Below, one piece after another: positions 16,546 to 23,779 of a stretch of DNA of 41,435 nt. Each line of letters opens with the position of its first letter. Positions within the stretch are counted from its first letter, which is position 1. The translations under genes and the position numbers were made by a program. A model generated the notes under the pieces. That model saw nothing but the letters and a program-made list of their open reading frames with translations. It was not told the origin of the DNA and did not search any database. The DNA is from Pirellulales bacterium (GTDB lineage: Bacteria > Planctomycetota > Planctomycetia > Pirellulales > UBA1268), in the NCBI GenBank assembly GCA_044339885.1, contig JBIIUP010000002.1, positions 1-41,435 on the forward strand, written 5' to 3'.

Positions 16546-18405
16546 ATGGCGGGGTACGTCTCCACAGAGGCCCTCTCCGCCCGGGATCCCGCCGGCATGC
16601 TCCGCCCGAACACCCTGGCTCGTCCCCGTCGCGACGCCACCCGCGCCGCCCGCCTCCGCGCGGCGCGACTGCACGTCGAGCCGCTCGAGGGCCGCCGCAT
16701 GCTGGCCGCGGTCGACCTGGCGATCGCCATCACCGACGGCCGGGAGGTCTTCGAGCCCGGCAGGCCGGCGATCACCACGATCGTCGTCACCAATGCCGGG
16801 CCGGACACGGCCACCGCCGCGCGGGTCAGCAGCCCGCTGCCGACGATCGCCGGCGGCGGGAACTGGACGGCCAGCTATTCCCCCGGCGCGACCGGCCCCG
16901 CCTCGGGCACCGGCGGGATCGACGCCACGGTCACGCTCCCCTCCGGCGGCTCCGCGATCTTCACGAACGTCGTGACCATTCCGGTGGCCGCCACGGGCAG
17001 GCTCGTCAGCCGCGCCACGGTGACCGCGGCGGCAGGCGACGTCGACTCCAACCCGACCAACGACTCCGCCGTCGACGTCGACACGCTGCCGATCCTCGTG
17101 GCCGCCCAGGACGCGGCGCCGCAGGGCAGGCCGGTGGTGTCCGTGATCGATCCGTTCACCGGGGCGGTCCGCCACCGGTTCCTCGCCTACGAACGGGGCT
17201 TCCGCGGCGGCGTGCAGGTCGCGGTCGCCGACGTCGACCGCGACGGCGTCGACGAGATCGTCACCGCCTCGGGCTCGGGCCGCGTCGCCGAGGTCCGCGT
17301 CTTCCGGCCGGACGGCACCGAACTGACGGCCTTCCGCGCCCGACCCTACGGCGGGGCCTATCGCGGCGGGATCGAAGTCGCGGCCGGCGACATCGACGGC
17401 GACGGCGACGACGACATCGTCACCACCCTGTCCCGCGGGGCCGGGGACGTCCGCGTGCTCCGGAGCGAGGGGACCAGGGCCGTCTTAGCGGCAGGGAAGT
17501 CGTTCCGGCCGTTCGCGGACGACTTCCGCGGCGGTGCGACCGTGGCGGTCGCCGACCTCGACGGCGACCGCAAGGGCGAGATCGTCGTCGGCAGCGGCGT
17601 CGGCACGACGCCGCGGGTGCTCGTCTATTCGGTGACGGGGTCACCGAGGGTGGTCGACTCCTTCCGGCCGTTCGCCGCCGATCCGGGCTTCGCCGGCGGC
17701 GTGAGCGTGAGCGTGGCGCGGCACGATGCCGACGGCGTGCCCGACATCCTCGTCGCCGGCGGCCGCGGGGCTGGTTCGGCCACCGAGGTCTACGACGGGC
17801 GGATCGACGCCGCCGTCGCCAACGCCCGGATCGACCGCCAGGCCGTCTTCGCGGGCTTCTCCCGGGCGAACGCCGCGGTGTCGCAGGCGGCCGTCGACCT
17901 CGACGGCGACGGCCGGGCCGACCGGGTCTTCTCCGCACAGGGGACGGGGGGCAGCTTCGCCGGCGTGAAGGCTGCAGCGGTCGATGCCCGGACCACACTC
18001 ACGGCCTTCACGAGTCCGGGCCTCAAGGCCTCGCTGCGGCTGGCCGCCTCGGCGGCCCGGCATGACGCGACGCTCGTCACCACGCCCACGGGCCTGCAGT
18101 ACCGCGACCTGGCGGTCGGGACGGGAGCCACGGCGGCGGCGGGCAGCAAGCTGCGGGTCCACTACGTGGGCACCTATCCCAACGGCACGGTATTCGACAG
18201 CTCCCGGGATCGGCGTGGCGGCGTGCCGTTTGAGTTCACGCTCGGCGCCGACGAGGTGATCGACGGCTGGGACGAGGGCCTCGTGGGGTTGCGGGTCGGC
18301 GACCGTCGCCAGCTGATCGTCCCGGAGAACCTGGCCTACAAGGGCCAGGCCGGACGCCCCGCCGGCACCCTCGTCTTCCACGTCGAGCTGCTGGGCATCA
18401 TCTGA
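16546..18405 (+). CDS. Multidomain secreted protein: LExRxLL-type N-terminal leader, DUF11-like repeat domain, FG-GAP/VCBS repeats, C-terminal FKBP-type peptidyl-prolyl isomerase
   Basis: Leader LHVEPLEGRRMLAA. DUF11-like TIVVTNAGPDTA...NPTNDSA. Repeated ADVDRDGVDEIV, AGDIDGDGDDDIV, ADLDGDRKGEIV, DADGVPDIL, DLDGDGRAD motifs. FKBP core GLQYRDLAVGTG...LRVHYVGTYPNGTVFDSS...FEFTLGADEVIDGWDEGLVGLRVGDRRQLIVP. Confidence 0.88.
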   Translation: MAGYVSTEALSARDPAGMLRPNTLARPRRDATRAARLRAARLHVEPLEGRRMLAAVDLAIAITDGREVFEPGRPAITTIVVTNAGPDTATAARVSSPLPTIAGGGNWTASYSPGATGPASGTGGIDATVTLPSGGSAIFTNVVTIPVAATGRLVSRATVTAAAGDVDSNPTNDSAVDVDTLPILVAAQDAAPQGRPVVSVIDPFTGAVRHRFLAYERGFRGGVQVAVADVDRDGVDEIVTASGSGRVAEVRVFRPDGTELTAFRARPYGGAYRGGIEVAAGDIDGDGDDDIVTTLSRGAGDVRVLRSEGTRAVLAAGKSFRPFADDFRGGATVAVADLDGDRKGEIVVGSGVGTTPRVLVYSVTGSPRVVDSFRPFAADPGFAGGVSVSVARHDADGVPDILVAGGRGAGSATEVYDGRIDAAVANARIDRQAVFAGFSRANAAVSQAAVDLDGDGRADRVFSAQGTGGSFAGVKAAAVDARTTLTAFTSPGLKASLRLAASAARHDATLVTTPTGLQYRDLAVGTGATAAAGSKLRVHYVGTYPNGTVFDSSRDRRGGVPFEFTLGADEVIDGWDEGLVGLRVGDRRQLIVPENLAYKGQAGRPAGTLVFHVELLGII

Positions 18406-18415
18406 CGGGGCCGCC

Positions 18416-19453
18416 CTACCAGCGGGCCTCCAGGCCGGCATTCGCGCCGTGGAGGAAGACGGTGCTCCCGTCGACGACCCGCGTGCCGCTGGTCGGGGTG
18501 TCGCTGAAGTCCCACTGGTTCGGACCGAGGGCCGCGCCGGTCAGCCAGAGGAGGTTGTATCCGGCCCGCAGGGCCCAGACGTCGCCGAGCCGGCGCACGA
18601 GCGTGAAGTTGAGGTCGCCGATCATGCCCACGCCGCCGGAGGTGTGCCCCCGCGGGCCCCGGACCTCGACGCCGTCGAACGGCCCCACGAGCGTGTCCTG
18701 GGACTGCGCGACCACCGTGCCGGCCAGCGCCGCCTTCGCCCAGCCCTCGAAGGCCCACGCCCGCCACTCCGTCCGCCGTCGGTAGCCGATCTGCGGGCCG
18801 ATCCAGTTCGTGTCGGCCTGCACCCGATACGGCGCGGCGGGCTCCCCGCTGACGGCCGTGACGTCGAGCGTGGCCGCCTCGTCGAGCCAGGCCCAGCGGA
18901 GGCCGAGGAGCCAATCGTGGGTCGTGCGGCCGTCGTGGCTCCGCCGCCAGGGATACGGCGAGGAGCGATCCCGGCCGCCGTCACACCAAAAGTCGAAGAG
19001 GTTGAATTCAGCCGAGCAGAGCGAGGCCGACGTGGAAGCGGCGATCGCATCGGCCTCGTCGAACCCCGAGTTCTGGATCAGTCCCAGCCCGTCGGGAAGC
19101 CGGAGCGTGTCGGCCCCCGTCACGCCGGCGGCGGCCCGCATCCCGTAGACGCCGAGGTAGCCGATCTCCCAGCCGCGGCACTCGGCGCCGCGCTGCCCGT
19201 AGAAGAGCCTGACACCCGGAGCCACGCCGTAGCCCAGGTCGCCCGCCGAGAGGAGCACGCTGCCCGGGGCGGGACCGAAGGCGTTCTCGACCGCCAGCGG
19301 GCGGTCGGTCGCCGTGTTGCCGCGCTGCAGGAAGACCGCTTCGGCGATCGCGTAGTCCTGCGGCTCGGAACCGGGCCCGTCCGCCCGGCCGCCGGCCGCG
19401 AGGCCCGCGACCGCGAGTCCCAGGCCGATCGCGATCCATGCACGTACGCCCAT
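18416..19453 (-). CDS. Outer-membrane beta-barrel protein, BBP7-like
   Basis: Signal peptide MGVRAWIAIGLGLAVAGLAAGGRADG. Alternating amphipathic strands (GWEIGYLGVYG, WLLGLRWAWL, WALRAGYNLLWL). C-terminal aromatic residue (...GLEARW). Confidence 0.75.
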   Translation of the reverse strand: MGVRAWIAIGLGLAVAGLAAGGRADGPGSEPQDYAIAEAVFLQRGNTATDRPLAVENAFGPAPGSVLLSAGDLGYGVAPGVRLFYGQRGAECRGWEIGYLGVYGMRAAAGVTGADTLRLPDGLGLIQNSGFDEADAIAASTSASLCSAEFNLFDFWCDGGRDRSSPYPWRRSHDGRTTHDWLLGLRWAWLDEAATLDVTAVSGEPAAPYRVQADTNWIGPQIGYRRRTEWRAWAFEGWAKAALAGTVVAQSQDTLVGPFDGVEVRGPRGHTSGGVGMIGDLNFTLVRRLGDVWALRAGYNLLWLTGAALGPNQWDFSDTPTSGTRVVDGSTVFLHGANAGLEARW

Positions 19454-19624
19454 CGCTCCCCCACGCCTGTCGCCACCCCGCGCCGTCGGGCACGCCGTCC
19501 AGACGGCGCCACCCGCACGACTCCTCCGACAGGAGCGATCGGTATCCCCGGCAGCGTCCTTGAGAATCCTCCCGGACGAGCCGATTCCCCGGGAAGCGGG
19601 GCAATGTGGGCCGACCCTGCGGGG

Positions 19625-20899
19625 TCAGCGCGAGGCGGCGGCGTCAGCCCGGCCGCCCGCGGCGTCCTCGGCGTCCTCGGCGAGCATCGCCTCCAGGGGC
19701 GGCCAGAGCCGGTCGATCTCGGGGTTGAAGATGTCGCCGATGAGGATGTCGGTGATGAGCGGCTTCAGCTCGCCGTGACGACGGACGAACCGGCCGAAGT
19801 TGAGCCCGTCGTAGAACGCGCAGACGAGCTTCCGCATCCGGTCGAGGCCGGCGGTGTAGGCGGGCCCCCAGGCCCCGAGCCGGGCGGGGGAGGTGTCGCC
19901 GGCGGCGAGGCCGGCCACGATCGCATCGGCCGCCATGGCACCGCTGGTGATCGCCAGCAGGATCCCGGAGGAGTAGAGGGGATCGAGAAACCCGTAGGCA
20001 TCGCCCACCAGCAGCCAGCCGTCGCCCGCCAGCTGCCGCGAGCGGTAGGAGTATTCCTTGGCGACTCGAAACGGGCCCGATCGCTCCGCGGCGGCGATCC
20101 GGGGCTGCACGCCCGGGCAGCGGGCGACCTCCTCGAAGTAGATCGCCTCGGGATCCTTCGTGGCCCGCTCCTTGAACAGCCAGTCGAAAGGGGCGACGAC
20201 GCCGACGCTGACCACGTCATCGGCCAGGGGGATGAACCAGAACCAGCCCCGCTTCCCCTCCGTCTGCATCACGATAGTGGCCCCGGCGTCGCGGCCCGTG
20301 TCGCGGACCGCCCCTTTCCAGTAGGTCCAGATGGCCGCCTTCTTGAGGACCGGATCCCACTGCCGCAGGCCCAGGCGATCCTGGATGAGCCCGCTCTGGC
20401 CGGCGGCGTCCACGACGACCCGCGCCCGCACCAGCTCCTCACGGCCCGCCTCGTCGACGACCCGCACGCCGGTCGCCCGCGAACCCTCGAAGAGCACCTC
20501 GAGCACCCGCGCGCCCTCGTGCACCTCCGCGCCGTGCTCGCGGGCGTTGTCGAGCATCATCCGGTCGAACTCGTCGCGGGTGACCTGCCAGGTCCGCGAA
20601 CTCTCGCCGGGCTTGTAATCGGCGAAGTAAAACGGCTCCGACAGCCTGCCCTGCTCGGAGACGAACTGCACCGAACGCTTCTCGACGAACCGGCTGCCCC
20701 GCAGCTTGTCGAGCATGCCGAGGCGGCCGAGCACCCCGAACGTCTCCGGGATCAGCGATTCGCCGACGTGGTACCTGGGAAACCGCTCCCGCTCGAAGAG
20801 GCGGACCGTCCGGCCTGCGCCGGCCACGAGCGTCGCGACCGTCGCCCCCGCCGGGCCGCCGCCGATCACCGCGACGTCGAGGTCCGTCCGTTGCGCCAT
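19625..20899 (-). CDS. FAD-dependent oxidoreductase with flavin-dependent halogenase signatures
   Basis: GxGxxG VAVIGGGPAG. WxWxIP motif GWFWFIPL. FxxPxxSxG motif FLDPLYSSG. Candidate catalytic Lys in FVEKRSVQF. Confidence 0.8.
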   Translation of the reverse strand: MAQRTDLDVAVIGGGPAGATVATLVAGAGRTVRLFERERFPRYHVGESLIPETFGVLGRLGMLDKLRGSRFVEKRSVQFVSEQGRLSEPFYFADYKPGESSRTWQVTRDEFDRMMLDNAREHGAEVHEGARVLEVLFEGSRATGVRVVDEAGREELVRARVVVDAAGQSGLIQDRLGLRQWDPVLKKAAIWTYWKGAVRDTGRDAGATIVMQTEGKRGWFWFIPLADDVVSVGVVAPFDWLFKERATKDPEAIYFEEVARCPGVQPRIAAAERSGPFRVAKEYSYRSRQLAGDGWLLVGDAYGFLDPLYSSGILLAITSGAMAADAIVAGLAAGDTSPARLGAWGPAYTAGLDRMRKLVCAFYDGLNFGRFVRRHGELKPLITDILIGDIFNPEIDRLWPPLEAMLAEDAEDAAGGRADAAASR

Positions 20900-21066
20900 C
20901 GAAGCAGGCTGCCGGGAAGTACAAGGCTGGGAACACGGCTGCCGCGAACCGGGTCCACCGCGCCCACGGTCAGGCTAGACGGCTGACCGGGCCGCGGCCA
21001 CCCCGGCTCCGGACGGGGCCCTCGGGAACCCCGCCCGGCCGGGTCGCGCCGCGGCGGCGGACGGGA

Positions 21067-21420
21067 TCAGGACTCGAACTGCTTGAGGGCTTCCAGCGCC
21101 GCCAGCGCCCGCGCCGTGCCGCCGAAATGACCGACGAGCTTCTTGGCGGCCAGGAGATCCTCCACCGACAGGGCGCCTCCGCGGCGGCCCGCGACCCGGC
21201 CCGAGGCCACGGTGGCCGCGACCCGCCGGCGCCGCGGCTGGAAGCCCATCTTCTTGAGGACCATGCTCACCTGCGGCGACGAGACGGCGACGCCCTGCTT
21301 CTTCAGCGCCGCGATGATCGCGACCGGACGGGGCTTCTCGCCCTTCTCCTTCATCACCCTGGCGACCTTGCGAATCTCTTCGGACTTGTTCGTGCCCTTG
21401 GCGTCTTTCTTGTCGACCAT
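21067..21420 (-). CDS. Small basic hypothetical protein (possible nucleic-acid-binding)
   Basis: ATG at 21420 (MVDKKDAKGTNKSEEIRKVARVMKEKGEKPRP...), Lys/Arg-rich, 117 aa. An alternative GTG start lies at 21465. It sits behind what by eye is the most AT-rich stretch of the window. Confidence 0.6.
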   Translation of the reverse strand: MVDKKDAKGTNKSEEIRKVARVMKEKGEKPRPVAIIAALKKQGVAVSSPQVSMVLKKMGFQPRRRRVAATVASGRVAGRRGGALSVEDLLAAKKLVGHFGGTARALAALEALKQFES

Positions 21421-21506
21421 CGTTCCGGCTCGGCTCCTGTACGGGATTTGAATCTGACTGTGCACGCTGTTTACGACGAGCGTTTATACCATTTACTAAC
21501 ATGAGA

Positions 21507-21534
21507 AGTTTACACCGGGAAATCGTCGGATCAA
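21507..21534 (-). promoter_or_regulatory. Candidate sigma70-like promoter for the small basic protein gene
   Basis: Minus strand reads TTGATC (21534-21529), a 16-nt spacer, then TAAACT (21512-21507), within the AT-rich island 21440-21530. Confidence 0.3.
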
Positions 21535-21708
21535 TCACCCGGCCGGCCGGTGGTATCATGGGGTGTGGCCGCGCCGCGGTGCGGCATCCGCGGACCACTC
21601 GGGCACTGGTCATGAACGGCGTCGCTCGCGGCCGCAGCGGCCGGCGGCTGGACGCTCTGGGGACTCGACTACGACGCCTGGAGCGGCATCCAGTTCGGCC
21701 TGCTGGGC

Positions 21709-21906
21709 GTGCTCGCGGCGGGCATCCTCGTGCACGTGATGCTCCACTGGTCGTGGGTGTGCAACGTGATCGCGTCGGCCCTGGCGGGCAAGGGACGCGT
21801 CGACGAGGGGATGCAGACGATCTACGGGGTCGGACTGTTGATCGTCCTGCTCAACGTCGTCGGGATCACCGTCGCGGCGGCGGTGCTCACCATCCGCGCG
21901 CCCTGA
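21709..21906 (+). CDS. Small membrane protein ORF, DUF4405-like C-terminal half; start uncertain
   Basis: HVMLHWSWV followed by a TM helix. The frame is open and protein-like from 21613 (WTLWGLDYDAWSGIQFGLLGVLAAG), but no ATG/GTG/TTG occurs before the GTG at 21709. An ATG at 21612 lies in a different frame. Confidence 0.35.
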   Translation: MLAAGILVHVMLHWSWVCNVIASALAGKGRVDEGMQTIYGVGLLIVLLNVVGITVAAAVLTIRAP

Positions 21907-22663
21907 CGAGACCGGCGGCCAGCGGCACCAGGAGCTTCGCCGCGGCGGCGGCGAGCACCAGGGCCATGAGGAGCCGCAGCGCCCGCACGGGCAGCCCGAA
22001 GGCGCCCAGCTGCGAGCCGATCGCCCCGCCGAGGGTGACCGCGACCAGCGCCGGCAGCTGCGTGTCCGGCCACGAGCCGCCGGCCATGAACCGGCCGGCG
22101 AGGCCCGCCAGCGAGTTGACGAGGATGAACGCCGCCGACACGGCGGCCACGCCGTGGATCGGGGCGGCCCCCACCGCCACCAGCACCGGCGAGAGGAAGA
22201 CGCCGCCGCCGACTCCGGTGAGCCCCGAGAGCAGGCCGATGGCCGCACCGAGGGCGATCAGGGCGGCCGGCGAGACGGGCCGGCCGGTCGCCGGAAGCTC
22301 CGCCGGGACGCGGCTCCCCGCCGGCTGCCGAACGAGCCGCGCGGCCGCGACGACCAGCGCACCGCCGACCACGGCCTCGAAGACGGCCGTCGGCACCGCG
22401 AGCCCGCCCCCCACGAAGGCCGCCGGCACGCTTCCCGCCGCCAGGGGCAGACACAGGCTCCCGCGGAGGTGGCCGGCCCGGCCGAACTGGACCGTGGCGA
22501 TTGAGGCCACGAGCACGTTGAGCGCCAGCGCGGTCGGCCGGATCACCTCCGGCGCCACTCCGGCCAGGGAGAGCACGGCGATGTAGCCCGTCGCCCCCGC
22601 GTGTCCCACGGTCGAGTAGACGAGGGCCACCAGCCCGACGGCGGCCACCAGCCAGCCACTCAT
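21887..22663 (-). CDS. TauE/SafE (DUF81) family anion exporter
   Basis: ATG at 22663. Polytopic, with the typical LLSGLTGVGGGVFLSPVLV motif and Gly/Ala-rich helices. ATGA overlap with the upstream gene. Confidence 0.85.
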   Translation of the reverse strand: MSGWLVAAVGLVALVYSTVGHAGATGYIAVLSLAGVAPEVIRPTALALNVLVASIATVQFGRAGHLRGSLCLPLAAGSVPAAFVGGGLAVPTAVFEAVVGGALVVAAARLVRQPAGSRVPAELPATGRPVSPAALIALGAAIGLLSGLTGVGGGVFLSPVLVAVGAAPIHGVAAVSAAFILVNSLAGLAGRFMAGGSWPDTQLPALVAVTLGGAIGSQLGAFGLPVRALRLLMALVLAAAAAKLLVPLAAGLVRARGW

Positions 22664-23067
22664 CCGGGCGGAACGGCGTGCTGCTGGATCAGGTCGAGCG
22701 GCACGGTCTCCAGCGTGCGGACGTGGGTGGCTTCGAGCACCACCCGCGGCGCCCGGCCCGCCCGCGCGGCCTCCAGCCAGCGGCTCGCGCACAGGCACCA
22801 GCGGTCGCCCGCCACGAGCCCGGGGAAGCCCCACTGGGGCTGCGGTGTGACCAGGTCGTTGCCGGCCGCGACGGTGAACTCCAGGAAGTCCTGGGTCATC
22901 ACCGCGCAGACGGTGTGCACACCCACGTCGTCGGCGCCCGTGCGGCAGCAGCCGTCGCGGAAGAAGCCGGTCAGCGGCTCGTGGGAGCAGGCCACGAGCA
23001 CGCCGCCGAGGACGTTGGTCTCGGGCTTCCGCCGCCCCGCACCGTCCGGCTTGTCGAATGCGATCAT
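22660..23067 (-). CDS. DUF2237 family protein
   Basis: MIAFDKPDG...NVLGGVLVACSHEPLTGFFRDGCCRTGADDVGVHTVCAVMTQDFLEF...GNDL...FPGLVAGDRWCLCASRWLEA matches the conserved Cys/His pattern of this family. The upstream 422 codons of the track ORF are junk. Confidence 0.85.
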   Translation of the reverse strand: MIAFDKPDGAGRRKPETNVLGGVLVACSHEPLTGFFRDGCCRTGADDVGVHTVCAVMTQDFLEFTVAAGNDLVTPQPQWGFPGLVAGDRWCLCASRWLEAARAGRAPRVVLEATHVRTLETVPLDLIQQHAVPPG

Positions 23068-23145
23068 GGTCCCTCGGCAGATATCATGACCCATGGACGA
23101 CCTGCCCGGCAATTCCCCGGGCCGCCCCCGCCGCCGAACGGCCCA

Positions 23146-23721
23146 ATGCTCAGCCTCCGCACCCCGTCGAACAGCCGCTGGCTCGGCCAGGTCGACGCCC
23201 ACCTCGACGAGATCCTCGTCGATCACGCCCACTGCGAGAAGAAGGCGGCGGGCGTCGCCATGAACCTGCTCTTCTCCTACGTCGACCACACGAATCTGGC
23301 CCGGGCGATGACGGAGATCGTCGCCGAGGAGCTCGAGCACTTCCGGCTGGTGCTCGACCTGCTCGACCGCCGCGGCATCCGCTTCCGCAAGCTGTCGCCG
23401 AGCAGCTACGGGCCCCGGCTCCACGAACTCGTCCGCCGAGAGGAGCCCGGCCGGGCCGTCGACCGGCTGCTCGTCGCCGGCCTCATCGAGGCCCGCAGCT
23501 GCGAGCGGTTCGCGGTGCTGGGCGACCACGTGGCCGACGCGGAGCTCCGCGACTTCTACCGCGGGCTCTTCGAATCCGAGGCCCGTCACCACGCCACCTA
23601 CGTGCGGCTGGCGGGCGACTTCGCGCCGGAGGACGAGGTCCGCCAGCGGCTGCAGTGGCTGGCCGCCGAGGAAGCCGCGATCATCGACCGCGGCGACCCG
23701 GTCCCCCGGATGCACAGCTGA
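23146..23721 (+). CDS. miaE: tRNA-(ms2io6A37)-hydroxylase MiaE (diiron)
   Basis: [27 protein letters not shown] and ESEARHH diiron ligand motifs. ATG 23146 is preferred; an alternative ATG lies at 23086. Confidence 0.85.
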   Translation: MLSLRTPSNSRWLGQVDAHLDEILVDHAHCEKKAAGVAMNLLFSYVDHTNLARAMTEIVAEELEHFRLVLDLLDRRGIRFRKLSPSSYGPRLHELVRREEPGRAVDRLLVAGLIEARSCERFAVLGDHVADAELRDFYRGLFESEARHHATYVRLAGDFAPEDEVRQRLQWLAAEEAAIIDRGDPVPRMHS

Positions 23722-23779
23722 CCTGGCGCGGCGACCGTTTCCCAGAGCCGATCCGCCGAGCCCATCCCGGAGCCGCCGC

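Noticed and set aside
14370-16814. 814-aa minus-strand ORF, plus the plus-strand alternative-frame ORFs at 14672-15508 and 15539-16219
   Set aside because: They are the antisense and shifted frames of the YTV repeats. Their repetitiveness (GVGDLDRVGRGLLL...) merely mirrors the YTV array. The plus-strand frame starting at 14517 has a signal peptide, an RBS and a terminator.
18449-20986. 845-aa plus-strand ORF
   Set aside because: It is antisense to the BBP7-like barrel and the halogenase-like gene. It has no motifs and an Arg/Pro/Gly-biased composition.
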